DNA of 64,000 nt from Azolla caroliniana (Eukaryota; Plantae; Polypodiophyta), in the NCBI GenBank assembly GCA_043228905.1, contig JBHGNT010000012.1, positions 13,454,001 to 13,518,000 on the forward strand, in the 5' to 3' direction. Within the stretch, counting starts at the first letter, position 1. Each line of letters starts with the position of its first letter. A program made the translations under genes and the position numbers. Below, in pieces: positions 51,301 to 64,000 of the stretch. The notes beneath the pieces were generated by a model. It had not been told where the DNA came from. It searched no databases and saw only the letters and a program-made list of their open reading frames with translations.

Positions 51301-53479
51301 TGCCAAGTTTGGCTTCTTCCCGAAATACAATTCATGTGGCGACACTCCTCCATTAGTAGAAATCCGATTCTGCAGGTAGACAACTGTCCTCACGTATTCA
51401 ACCCAATAGAATTTCGGCATATGCTTCTCTTCAAGCATTGCCCTGGCCGCTTCTTCGATTGTCCTATTCTTCCGCTTGGCCACGCCATTCTGCTGCAACG
51501 TGTATCTACATGAGAATTTGCGTTGAATTCCCTCCTTCTGTAGATAACTTGTGAACTAGTCGGAGAAGTACTCCTTCCCACCATCGGACCGTAGGCATTT
51601 GATCTTACGCCCTATTTCCCTTTCCACAAGGCTCTTCACCTTCAAGAAACATGCGAAGACTTCACTCTTCTTCGCGATTGTGCATACCCACGTGTGCTGA
51701 GTGAAGTCGTCGATGAAGGTTACAAAGTAACGACTATCCCTTGCTTTTCCGGTTTCTCCAAGTATGAGAACCATTCCTCGTGACTCGTCATATGATTTGA
51801 CACTCTGGAATCAACATACCACACCTCACTCAATTTCGAGGTGTTCACTGATATTCCAAATAAGGCAGGACCCAATCCATTTCCGGCTTGTTCGGAGCCC
51901 TCAGCGTAGTGCGACATTTGACGCCCTCCTACGTCTCTTTTTCTTGATCCGGCTTTGTCCGAGTTGGCTTTCTTTTTCCAGCACTCGCTCTCCTTGTGCT
52001 TCATTACAAAGGCAGGACCCGATCCATTTCCGGCTTGTTCGGAGCCCTCAGCGTAGTGCGACATTTGACGCCTTTCTGCGTCTCTTTTGCTCGATCCGGC
52101 TTTGTCCGAGTTGGCTTTCTTTTTCCAGCACTCGCTCTCCTTGTGGCCTTTCTTGCCATAGTACCAGCATTCTATCGTGGCCTTCTCTTGCTAGCTTCCG
52201 GCGCCGCCATGACTCCCCCTGCTTCCAAGGGGTTCAGAATTGTTCCCGACATTTCGATTATGCCGTCCATTCAGCTCTTTTCGGCCGCTTCCATTATGTG
52301 CCGATCCGCCTCGTCTGCCACGACCAAGGGGCCTATCTCCCTCCGTGTAGAGAATCTTACTATCGGTGTGCGTACTCATCGACGCACCCACGTGATTTTC
52401 CTCCACGAGCAACATTGATTGAAGCTCGAAGAACGTACACGTGTTCTCCCTCCTACAAACCGCCGTTCGGAACGCTCCGAACTTTAACGCTTACTTACCA
52501 AGACAAACCTGCACCATCTCATCTTCCTCGATGTTCACGTTGATGAAGGCGAGAGAGTCGCAGATTTCTTTGATCTTGGCGGTGTAATCAGCCACCGACA
52601 TATCTCGTTGTCGAACATTGCTCAACTCCTACCTGAGTTGAAGCTTCTTTGCTGCGGTGCTAGCGGCGAAAATATTCTTGAGATTCGCCCATGCGTCCTT
52701 TGGCTTCTTGGCATCCCGAATATGGCACAATAGTTGGTCGCTCACACAGGCTGCAAAGCAGTAGAGAACTTTGCTTGCCGCCTGTTCCCAAGCCGAAAAA
52801 TCCTTGTGTGTCGATTCGGGTGTTGTATCATTAGTGCCTTCGACATAACACTCCAGTATCCATGACCAAGTAGGTACTGGTGCATCTTGTATGACCAAGA
52901 TGCATAGTTGCTCCTGTCGAGCTTCTCATTCGGTAGCGAGCTTCCTATTCCTCTGTCCATGTTGCTGTCTTATCTTTTCTGAAACAACTCAACTATGCCT
53001 CTGTCGTAAGCTTTTCTGTCGACTGTAGAGCACTTCAACCCTCGCACTCTGATACCATGTAAAAAATACCTATGCGGAAGCGTATGCGAAACACAGAGTA
53101 CACAGTTTGGAGAACGACAGTTTGGTAAAACATAGAAAACGCAAAGATGGAGATAGACAGGGAGAGACAGAGAGAGAGAGAGCAAACAACTTAGTTCTCT
53201 TACAAAATAATGACACTCTGTACATACTTCGTTCTCAGTGAGCACCATTTATACAAGCCCTGACTATCGGGCTGACACAAGTACTCATAGTACTTGATTG
53301 CTCATAAATGAGCCTACTACACTAACTCCCAAAATTATTCCTTACGAGGAATACCGTACTAACGACCTTTTGGTTTACGCACTGATACGGCCACGTTATG
53401 CGTACTGTTTTACGCACCCAGTCTCCGCACTGGGTTACGCACCATGTTACACAGCCAATGTTGAGCTTGTCACTCAACA
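48191..53479 (-). mobile_element. Degenerate near-full-length Copia family A element
   Basis: LTRs 48191-48661 and 53058-53479; TSD GCTTA/ACTTA; PBS 53046-53057; PPT 48662-48670; gag EKLDRSNYASW, INT QQNGVAKRKNRT, RT LYVDDL, RNaseH ALSSTEAEY. Confidence 0.9.
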
Positions 53480-53484
53480 ACTTA

Positions 53485-53925
53485 TTAGCTACCTCCGAAT
53501 ATGACCATAGCTAACTAGGTACCAGTAATAGCTAATGAGCTATCATAATAGCTAAGCTCCCTAAGAATATCGAACATAGCTATTTAGCTACCATTCATAG
53601 CTATTTAGCTACTACAATAGCTAATTAGTTTCCTATAACAATAGCTAATTAGCTACCAGAGTAGCTAATTAGCTGCTCATGATAATAGCTAGTTAGCTAC
53701 CAGAATTGCTAATCCCCTACTAGAATAGCTATTGTACTAAACTATGGTAGTAGCTATTTAGCTACTGTACTAAACTATAGTAGGAGCTAATTAGCTACCA
53801 TTTAGCTAATTAGTACTGTATTAAACTATGATAGTAGCTAATTAGCTACGACTTAGCTAATTAGCTACTCAGCTAAAGTATGGTAGTAGCTAATTAGCTA
53901 CCACTTAGCTATAGAGCTAATCAGT
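53485..53925. repeat. Degenerate TAGCTA(ATTAGCTA) palindromic repeat array
   Basis: More than 20 TAGCTA motifs; traces also at 48171-48190 and 45580-45616. Confidence 0.85.
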
Positions 53926-53962
53926 ATGTCCATTTTATTACATAGGTCGATTTATTTATTAG

Positions 53963-55015
53963 GTTCAGGCGAATGCATCCAAATATCAAAGTTCAACTAC
54001 GAACACTCGAGTCTCTTAAGCCACACTTTGTGAGACACTTGAAGGATCGATACACATGTTGTTGCATTTACCATGTACAAATGGGTTTTCTCAAGGACTC
54101 TGTTAATCTACTACGTCACTATAGCGCCTCCCTAACTAATGCAGTTTGCACTTGTCAGTGCCCAATTTGTCGATTGAGCCCGCATGACTGTAAATCATCT
54201 GAGCATGTTATCTCTTCCATTAGTTGTCTTTTAGATTCAGTATTGTGTCCAAGAGAAACTGAGGCCATCTTCCACAGTCATAAATGTGTCATAGGTTTAT
54301 GTCAAGATTGTGGCCCTAGTAGATTTAGGTGGTGTCCAAATGAATTGAGTAGTGAAATATTAATCTTTGTCAAGTTATTTGAGTCAGTTGACACCAATTT
54401 CGAAGGAAAGGTGTGTAAAAGAAAGGATCTAGTTAGGACGTCGCTTAAACCAAGGGATTTGGCGTCTCTATTTGTAGTATCTCTAGGAAAGTTCATTAAA
54501 CATAACTTCATTTATTCATGGCAAGCCCATTAGTTTAAGACTTGCATATCTGATTTTCCAAATGATGTAGTAGTCTCAGGAGTAGATTTCGTAGAGAATT
54601 ATACTTTCAAGCAGCAGAATGAAATTCAATCTATGCATTGGTGTTCACCGCAGGTAACCATTTTTGTGCACATAACATATTTTCGAGTTTTAGGTGATGT
54701 TAAAAAAGTAATTCATTTTTTTTATTTCTGATGATAAGAAGCATGAGATGGAATTAGTTAAACGTTTAGAGATGAGATGGAATTTTTTGGGTCTGGCCAT
54801 GGTAAAGGTGAACATGATGGTGCAGGTGTTGTTATAAAGGGGGCACTTACCCATGAACAACTAAAGGCAGATGGTGTGTAGATGAATTGTGTAGCACATG
54901 TAGTTGAATTTTTAAGAGCTAATATGTCAACGAGTGCAACTGGTGTTTATTCCTCGCAGGTCTGAGATATCAAACATGAATTTTGGGAAGTGAAGATAGA
55001 TGAAGTACCAGACTT
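53963..55015 (+). pseudogene. Sola2-like DDD transposase, Cys-rich and catalytic region, disrupted
   Basis: HPNIKV...LKPHFV...TCCCIYH; VDFVENYTFKQQNEIQSMHW; FISDDKKH; WNF.GSGHGKGEHDGAG; AG acceptor at 53961-53962. Confidence 0.72.
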
Positions 55016-55510
55016 CGACTTCACCTTCTCTTTGCGTGTGAACCATCTCCTCGGCTCCTTATGCGGGGAGAGCATGATGAGTCTTCGTTGCCTACCAACT
55101 TATCATCTTGCTGGTCCTTCCAACTCAGCTCTTCATTCAGCCAGCTCAACTGCAATGAGATCAGACTCTCATCTAGAGTACCGAATCCTTCTTCATCTTC
55201 TGCCCCGATCGTTTCGGGCTCACTGGCCTCATCTTCCGGAATCGGGTTGGCGTCGGGGGTCGGAGTCAGTAAATAGTACCTTGATGCCGACTCATCAAAT
55301 TCAACATCTCGGCTTAGTCGTACTTGCTTACTCCGAGGGTTATAACACTTGTACCCCTTATGCTCATGAGAGTAGTTGATTAGAATGCACTTGTCTGACT
55401 TTTGGACCAGCTTCCTCCGCTTCTCATCCGGTACATGCACATAGGTAATGTTCCCGAATACCTTAAGGTGTTGTAAATTCAGCTTACACCCGAAATATAA
55501 CTCGTCTGTC
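55016..55510 (-). mobile_element. Copia family A integrase fragment
   Basis: HVPDEKRRKL...HKGYKCYNP...SRDVEFDE. Confidence 0.8.
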
Positions 55511-55749
55511 AGTCCTTAACTGACATGTACTTCAATGCTCATATGAGAGATTGACACTAATTCCAAGAAATATGCCTACGTACTAGGCTAGGACCGTGGG
55601 CCTCTAATGGCCCACCAGTTACAATCCAATCAGTCTCTCCTATCTGGCTCTTGGTTCTGGATACCAATCCGGTTCTCCGTTCGGAATACCGATCTGGCTT
55701 TAGCTTATTCAGCCGATCCAGATCTGGTTGAGCTTGTTCGCTCAACAAT

Positions 55750-58700
55750 AAATATGTTTGGATGTGCCTATTGAGGCTATACTTGTAAATAACCCGAAAG
55801 TTATATGAGTTGGAATAACTAGGGCAAAACTTATTGTAAGTAGTAAGTTCTTGTTGTGTAGCCTAGTCATTGTACAGAGCATGAAACAGAGATAGAGACA
55901 CAGAGAGAGACAGAGACAGAGACAGAGAGATGCAAGAAACTGTATCTATTGTAACCGCCTATTGGAGAAGATACAGAGCTTGAAGTCATTGCCTCCAAGT
56001 CTCTCATTATAGTATTTCTCTCTTCTATAGTGATCTTGTTTGGAGTATGTGAACTCCTGTTTCCACGTTAACATATGGCGTCGTCTCATTCCTATGTAAG
56101 TGTATTAAACTCTACTTTCTGTCTTGCTTCTTTCATTGTACGTTTGGATCTCGGTGTGGCCGAGAACGATGCTTGACAAACTAGTATTAGAGCGAAGTTC
56201 TAAACTTCAAACAAAAACAAAGTGAAATGGAAGATTCATTCAGAGGCATGTTTAAGCTCACTGGCTCCAACTACTCAGTGTGGAAGTCGAAGATGGGGGA
56301 CATGGTAGTGGTCAAAGATCACTGGTTGCCGGTACAATTCGGAGACAAAAGACCAGACAAGATTGATATTGTGATCTGGGAGGTAATGCACTTGAAGACG
56401 ACGACATATATCCGATGCTTTATCAACATGAGCTTTGTACAAAAACTTCAATGAAGAGAACATGGCTCATGAACTCTGGGAGAAGATTGACATTATGTTG
56501 GAGAACAAAAATGTTGTGAATCAAATCTTAGTATTTTGGAAAATAGTGAGGCTTAGGTATCAGGATGGATCTAGTATGGCAGAACATATGAACACCTTCT
56601 ACCGGCTAATAAACCATACTACCTCGTTGGAAGTACCTCTATCTGACGAGGTACTGGCATTATTGTTACTTGGATCCCTTCCGGATAGTTGGGAGACGTT
56701 AGTCATCACATTGGGTAATGCCGAACCGGAAGGGAAGCATCTATACCTGACAAGAGTAAAATTAAGCTTGTTGGATGAGGAGGCCCATCGGAAGGACAAA
56801 GAAAGTTATACACATAGAGGAAGAGGCCAAAATAGGAGTTCTCCAAACCAAGAGAAGTCGGGGACAAGGTTGAAGTCAAGGGGGAGGCTCACATGCTTCT
56901 ACTGTTGGAAACCGGGGCACTTCCAGAAGAATTGCCGACACTTCCAGAAGAATTGCCGACAATGTTGAATCAAAGAAGAGTTCAGATCGGAAGGGAATGT
57001 CGGCAATAGCGACAAGTGAGAAAGAACTGTTGCTCATAAGTGAGCAGAATGAAGTGAACCTTGTCAATGATGAATCAACATGGGTGGTTGATTCGGGAGC
57101 ATCATTCCACCTGACCCCTAACCGGAAATGCTTCTCATCGTACAAGGCAGGAGACCATGGCCTTGTAAGGATGGGAAATGAAGGTGCATGCTGAATTTTC
57201 GGCATCGGAGATGTGTGCCTGGTAACATCAATTGGGTGTCGACTTGTACTGAAAGATGTCTGACACGTTCCGGAAGTTCGACTGAACCTGATATCAGCCT
57301 GTCGACTGGATGATGAAGGCTACACGGGTAGCATTCAGAATGGCATCATGAAATTCAGTAAAGGAAGCTTGATTGTGGCTCGAGCTAATAAGAACAACAC
57401 TTTATATTTGATGCATGCTCGGATATGTTGGTCGGAGGCAAATGTGGTATAGAAGGTTGTGCCACATGAGCGAGAAGGACATCTGAAGGCTTCCTAATAA
57501 CAACCACATTCCAGAGGTGAAGAACGTGCAACTTGAGAAGTGGACCAACTGTTTCGCAGGCAAGTAGAACAAAACCTCTTTCCGGTCGATACCACCAATG
57601 ATACGGAAAGGACTGCTTGAACTCGTGCATACCGATGTATGCTCGATGGACACGAAGTCACATGCCAGATCGCAGAACTTCATGACTTTCATAGATGACC
57701 ACAGCCAAAAGCTGTGGGTCTCCATTCTGAAGACGAAGGACCAAATATTGTCCATCTTCAAGGAGCACCATGCAAGAGTGGAAAGAGAAATCGGTCGGCA
57801 GCTGAAAGCAGTTCGAGGTGTACTATCGGGCACAGGGAATCCGGCTCGAATACACCATGCCGAAGACACCAAAACTCAACGGGCTGGCCGAGAGGATGAA
57901 CTGGACCATTATGGAGAGGGTGCGAAGTATGCTTGCACATGCCAAGCTTTTCAACACGTTCTAGGCTGAGGCGATAATGATAGCGACGTATGTTATAAAC
58001 AAATCACCCTCATCACCCTTGGCTGGCGATATACCACAAAGGGTGTGGACCGACAAAGACATGCCGTACCGACACCCTAAGGTGTTCGACTGTCCTACCT
58101 ACGTGCATGTGGCTAAGGCTCAAAGGAGAAAATTAGATCCAAAATCTCGGCCATGCATATTTCTCGGCTATGGAGATGACGAATTTGGCTATTAATTGTG
58201 GGACTTAGTCGACAAGAAGGTCATTTGGAGCCGAGGCATAGTCTTCATCGAGGAGAAGAGTATCGTCAACTAGGAGTTGGAGAAGAACACATCCTCCCGA
58301 ACAGTCAGAAGTCGAAAACCAACAGAATAACATGGAGAATTGACCGAATTCGGGTCGATAGTCGGAAACCAGTCGTAAGTCGGAGGCAAGTTAGGTGTCG
58401 GAGTTAGACACGGAGTCGGACCCGATGAAGACGAAGAAGTAGCTGACTTCGACTCGGATGAAGAACTAATTGAAGAAGTCGAAGAGGAGCCGACTGTGTC
58501 GGTTAGTGAGAGAAGATATCGTCTAAGAGAAAGAAAAACCCCCATGAGATTTCCAGATGAAGAGCATGTATTGCTGACCAATGAGGGGGAGTTGGAGAGC
58601 TTTGAGGAAGCAAAGAGGGACACCCACAACTGCAAGTGGTTAACTCCCATGCAGGGCGACATGGATTCCTTGCATGAGAACCATAAATACAAATTGACAG

Positions 58701-59742
58701 AGCTCCCGAAGGGAAAGAGGGCACTCTGAAACAAGTGGGTATACAAGTTGAAACCGGGAGACGCCGGAAATACACTGAGGTACAAAGCCCGCATTGTGGT
58801 GAAGGGCTTCCAACAAAAGAAAGGAGTGGATTTCGACGAGATCTTTGCTTTGGTAGTGAAGATGACATCCATCCGAACGGTGTTGATCATAACGGCAAGC
58901 ATGAACCTCAAGGTCGAACAACTAGATGTCAAGACTGTGTTACTGCATGGTGACCTCGAAGAAGAGATCTGCCAGGAAGTCTGCGGAATAATCCCCAACC
59001 ACAGCCGAAGCGTAGATCACTTGATGCCAATCGAACACAAAAGGAATGGGAATGGAGGTAAGTACACGAACAGAAAAGAGAATACATAGGATGTAACGTG
59101 GAAAACCCCCGAGAGGGAAAAACCACGGGAGTCCACGTACTCTGAACTATCACTATGCCAATGAGTACAACAGGGAGCACAAAGGCAATGACCTCCTACT
59201 CACGAACTTCGCATGGCGGTGGTTACAACAGAGACATTCTCTGTATCGCTCGCTCTCTCTCTCTCTGTATAGTCGTTACGCCAAAATTACACTATATGAA
59301 GATAATAACCGCAACAGTCGTTTGCCCTAGGTCACATTTATACTAATATGACATTAGGAATATTTACAGATATAGCCCCAATGGGCTCTCAGAAACATAT
59401 CTACATATATGTCCCTTCATCTAGTTAGAGGTTCTCACCGGGCCCGCAACATTCGGTTCTCACGACCGGGTCTTCCTTGTCGGGTACTCGTCATCCGGTT
59501 CTCATCGGGTCTGCATCATCCGTTGCTGGTTACTCCACATCCGGTTCTCACCAGGTCTGCATCATGCGTTGCCGGGTACTCCACATCCGGTTCTCACCGG
59601 GTCTACATCATGCATTGCCGGGTACTCCATATCCCATCCGGAGGGACCGAGATCCTAACAAGATCTACATGTAGCAACCAGAAGGATTCGTAAAGAAAGG
59701 GAAGGAGAACTTGGTCTGATGGTTGAAGAAGAGCTTATACGA
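55750..59742 (+). mobile_element. Degenerate Copia family B element (partial LTR, degenerate PBS ~56182-56193, gag to RT), interrupted twice
   Basis: KLTGSNYSVWKSKM, CFYCWKPGHFQKNC, WVVDSGASFH, QQKKGVDFDEIF. Confidence 0.85.
58970..59660 (-). mobile_element. Solo LTR (691 bp) of a Copia family B relative
   Basis: TG...CA; perfect TSD AGATC at 58965-58969 and 59661-59665; the minus-strand start TGTTAGGATCTCGGTCCCTCCGGATGGG resembles the LTR at 30748. Confidence 0.88.
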
Positions 59743-62700
59743 TGTCGCGAAAATACGACGAGGATATGTGAACTTTGAGGCAGGACCCCGGGGCCTCCGA
59801 CCGGAAGATATCAGATTCGTATGATTATATTAAACAATTAATACAAAATGATAAAGATTCACAAATTTCATTAATAAAGGGAAAGAAAGATTACAATTAA
59901 TCCCAAGATTGGGATTACAAAAATTTGCTAATGGAGATGACTAGAGTAATAGATTAGAAGAAATGAAATATGGATTTAATTAGAATATTAGGATTTTTAG
60001 CATCAATTCAAAAATTAGGGTTTTTGAGTTATATGGCTTTGATTAGGAAATTAGGGTTTATGACTTCCGTAAGGAAATTTAGGGTTCTCGGCTTCGATAA
60101 GATAAGAGAGCTCCAAAGGAAAAGAAGAACAATATAATATGGAGAGAGCCTATCAGTATAGGAAAAAAAATGGAATTATATATGGAGTTCCTCGTTGATC
60201 ATATGCCTCCACTTTTTGTTGCATGGCCTCTACTTTTAGTTGCATAGCTTTTCTTTTCGTTGAATCTATTTTTAGTTGCATGGCTTTTTCTTTAGTTGCA
60301 TGCGATCGTCCACTTGACCTTTACTTTAGTCTCTTTTACCTTTCTTTAAATAGCCACATGATCCTTTTATCCGTTCGATTTGCGTCTAACCTTGTACGGT
60401 CGCTGGTTTCGCCCGATCGCCGAATCCCTCGCCGGCCGGTTCCGGTTTGCTTGCCGGTTCCAGTTCCGGTTTTGCTTGTCGACTGGTGCCAGTTTTGCTT
60501 GCTGGTTCCGGTTCCGGTTTGCTTGCCGGTTCTGGTTCCACTTTTGCTTACCAGCCGATTCCGGTTTGCATACCGGTTCCTGGTTCCAATTTTGCTTACC
60601 GGTCGGTTCCGGTTTGCTTGCCGGTTCCGGTTCCGATTTTGCATACCAGCCGGTTTCTGGTTTGCATACCGGTCGGTTTCCGGATTTGCTTACCGGACCC
60701 GTTTTCCGGATTTGCTTACTGACCGGTTTCCAGATTTGTTTACTAGCCGGTTTCCAGATTTAGGGAATTTGGCCACCATCATCCATCAAGACAAAGTGGC
60801 CAAAGTGCTCTTAGAACAAATGAAAAATGAGGGAGCTCAAGGTGCTTATATAGCCAGGGCCTTAAGTTTCCTATCTATGTGGGATAGTTCTAATTTCTCT
60901 ATCTTCTTGACAAACTTTATTTTCACATAACTTGATATGTATTTCTCCATTTTGTATATAGTAAAATACATTTTGAAGCTCTTGAGTATATCCATCTTTC
61001 TATAGTAAGCTACTAATCTAATCTATAATAATTATTTCATTATTTTTTTACATAGTGTGTGAAGATTCACACGACATTCGCCCCCACCAAACCTGCACAT
61101 CCACCGGTATGTGCCAATTTTGGTGAGGATTCATTTTTGTTTACTATACTTTTTCATCGATGCTTAAGACTGAATCGTCAAAAGCTTCGAATCCAATTTC
61201 TAGTCTATCTCTTCTCTTGAAGATCTTGATTCTTTTACCGGCAATTGGCAAGGCAAGTGGTGTACCATCCAGTTCTACTAAATGATATGTTGCATTATCT
61301 TCCACTTTCTTCACCACATATGGCCCAAACCATCGTTGTGAGAATTTTCGAGCCGTACTATGTTGGTTATCTAGGCTGCTGTCATGGACTAGCACCCAAT
61401 CTCATTACAACGATTTTCCTCGGCTGAAGTCGATGTCGTTTATCGAAGTCTTTCTTGTTCTTTAGCCTTGCATTCTTTAGCCGCGCTTTAGCCACCTCTA
61501 TATCTTCCAAATTCTGCTCTAATTGTCGAATCCTCAATGCTAGAAGATCTTCTCTACTTATCTCATCTTGCCATGGCAATGCAAGCCATGAAATAATACT
61601 TTGTTCTATAGGCATTATTGGCTTTTGTTCGAATATGAACTCTACCGGCATGTATCCCGTCACCGTGCTATGAGTAGTCCTGTCAGCCCATAGTGCAAAT
61701 GGCAATAGACGCGGCCATTCTCCTATTTTCCCATGGCAAGCTTTCATTAGAGCCTTCACAATCAGTCCATGTCCACGTTCCACATTCCCATTTGCTTCCG
61801 GATTATACGCCATGGTAAGAGATAATTTGATTCCCATCCTCGAGAAGAATTCTCTAGCTTCATTGGCGTCCAACTCGCCTCTATCAGCCACTATCTTGCC
61901 GACGCATCCATATCTACAAATAACATCTTCAAGAAGGAATCGGCATACCGATGATGTCTCCTTAGTTCTTAATGCTCGCCCTTCAACTGCCATCGTCCCA
62001 TTGGCATCATCACTATGTCCACCATCCATTTGTAATGCATAGCCAATGGGTAAGTCGGATGAAGTCCATCTCGATGGCGAATATTCAAAAACATTTGACA
62101 TTCCTTACATGTTTCCACATAAGCTGCTACATCTTTGTAGATGCCCGGCCACCAATATTTCTCCTTAAGCTTTGCAAACGTAGCCCATATTCCTCGATGG
62201 CCTGCAAAAACACTATCATGAAATTCAGACATTAGTTTTGGTTGGTCTTCTAGCTTGCAGACAACTCTCATCGGAGTCCCATTCCTTTTTTGCATGCCTC
62301 CAAAGAGCTCCATCCTTAAGGAAATACTTGTATGCCTTCTTCCGAATTCGATGGAAGCCTTTCGTCGACCATGATACATCTTTTTGGAGAGAACTCAAGT
62401 ATTTCCCGATCTCCACGACTTCGCCTTCGTAGTCCTCTTCTATGAAAGTAGTCAACACCCGAGCATAGGAACTTGCAAAGAAATCCAAGCCAACATCATC
62501 TTCATCAGAATGTCGATCATCTTCTCCGTCGTATCTCGCTCGTGATAGCATGTCTACAACGACATTACGCTTCCCAGCTACATGACCGATCTCCGGGTTG
62601 AGTGATTTGATATATGCAATCCAACGCAACATGGCAATATCCGGTGTATTACAACCAGATATCATACCCAAATTTGGTAGGCAATCAGTCTCAATTATGA

Positions 62701-64000
62701 CTTCTGCTCCAATAAGGTAATCATGATCAGATTTGATTGCCGAGACGATCCCCCATAGCTCCCTCTTCACTTGGGCATACCTTCTTTGCCTGTCACTTAA
62801 CACTTTCGCGCCAAACCGAATTGCATATCGGTTGCAATCTTCATCTTCTTGGTTGATAACCCATCCAATTCTGATTGGACTAGTATCCACAGTCACAAAA
62901 ATGGGCTTGCCGTATGAATAGTCCGCTTTCCGTAATGCAGGTGCCTCCATCAATAATTTCTTCAGCCTTCGGATGACGATTGTATGCTCGCTCGTCCATT
63001 CGAACATCCGCTTCTTCTTTAGTAGACCATATAATGGCTCAGCAATGTGGGCGTAGTGTGGAATCAAAATATGATAAAACGCACATGCTCCAAGGAACCT
63101 TCGAACCTCCATTTGGGTTACACATTCTTCTTTCATGTCTTGGATTGCATTCACCTTGGATGGTGAAGGCTTCCGACCGTATGCTCCACACAAGTGACCT
63201 ACCACCAGGATCTCCGGTTGCCCGAATGCGGATTTTTCTCCCGAAAATGTCAAATTCGCATCTTCGAGCCTTTGGAGCACCTTCCCGCAATCTTTCATAT
63301 GATCCATGACAAACTTTCTACATCCATCCTTATCTTTTGATTCATCCTTCTCTTCATCCGAACATCCTTTTATCGGAATATCATCTAAGAATGGCATCGT
63401 GATATCCGGGATGCAATCCTTCAAGACCTTGTTGATGGCATTCACCATATGAGCCACCGAGTTCGTTGCGCCTTGAGGTAAGGTACACATCCGCATCAAC
63501 CCGATTGGAGTTCTCATGGTTGTAATGTCACGACTGTCGACCGCCAACTAGAATTGATAGTAGCCAGAGTAGAGATCGCCGATGGAGTAGATGGACCGGC
63601 CCGCAAACGCCTCGGAAAATTCATCCACACTCGGACCGATTCCAGCATTCCGAATTGTCACCTTGTTGACGGGTTGAAGATCTTGAATGAATCGCAACGA
63701 TCCATTCTTCTTTGGCTCCGTGAACCACCTATTAGAATAAGGAGCATTCGACGGTTCTAGAATTCCCATCCTAACCTTCTCCTTTAAGAGCTCGATCAGC
63801 TTCGGTAGGTGTGCTCTCGGAACCGGTATCGGTTTCAAATTCCAAGGCACATGCGGCACCGTGAAGATCACCATCGGTTATACCGTCCTTGGATTAGCAC
63901 ACCCGATTTCTTGTGGGAAAAACGTGAAAGCCTTCCCATGTCTTTCAAGCATTCCACGAAACATCCGCTCCTCTTCAGGGAGGAGGAAATCCTCCCTTCC
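59743..64000 (-). mobile_element. Non-chromoviral (Phygy-like, fungal-like) Ty3/Gypsy: 3' LTR 59743-61076, PPT and degenerate pol continuing beyond the window
   Basis: PPT TTTGGTGGGGGCGAA ~61077-61091; RT PQGATNS and PFLDDI; RNaseH VDTS; integrase HRGIWATF...CKECQ and YNPEANGNVERGH; WFGPY; no chromodomain. Confidence 0.9.

Noticed and set aside
51764-52543. 259-aa plus ORF
   Set aside because: Antisense to Copia gag and lengthened by a local duplication.
60223-60930. 235-aa and overlapping ORFs (also 14770-15242)
   Set aside because: Products of CCGGTT tandem repeats inside LTRs.

Overview
Eukaryotic land-plant nuclear DNA. The PPR style and the Tcn1-like and Phygy-like Gypsy elements suggest a non-seed plant such as a fern; this is an inference. 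Most of the window is a nested transposon block. It holds a full-length degenerate chromoviral Gypsy (253-7152), at least two Ty1/Copia families in many copies, a fungal-like non-chromoviral Gypsy plus its solo LTR, L1 LINE pieces, and a split Sola2-type DNA transposase. One Copia (30748-36116) is young and carries a single nonsense codon. Host content is one intact intronless fasciclin-like AGP (41283-42038), a 5'-truncated multi-exon FEI1/FEI2-like LRR-RLK pseudogene (25436-27867, minus), and captured fragments of PLS-class PPR and cullin-1 genes. No prokaryotic system, CRISPR array, rRNA or tRNA gene was seen, and no clearly new biological system can be demonstrated. The best leads are the intron-bearing Sola2-like transposon, the scrambled intronless CUL1/PPR mosaic, and the FEI/FLA neighbourhood. 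Family assignments come from recalled motifs, not database searches.
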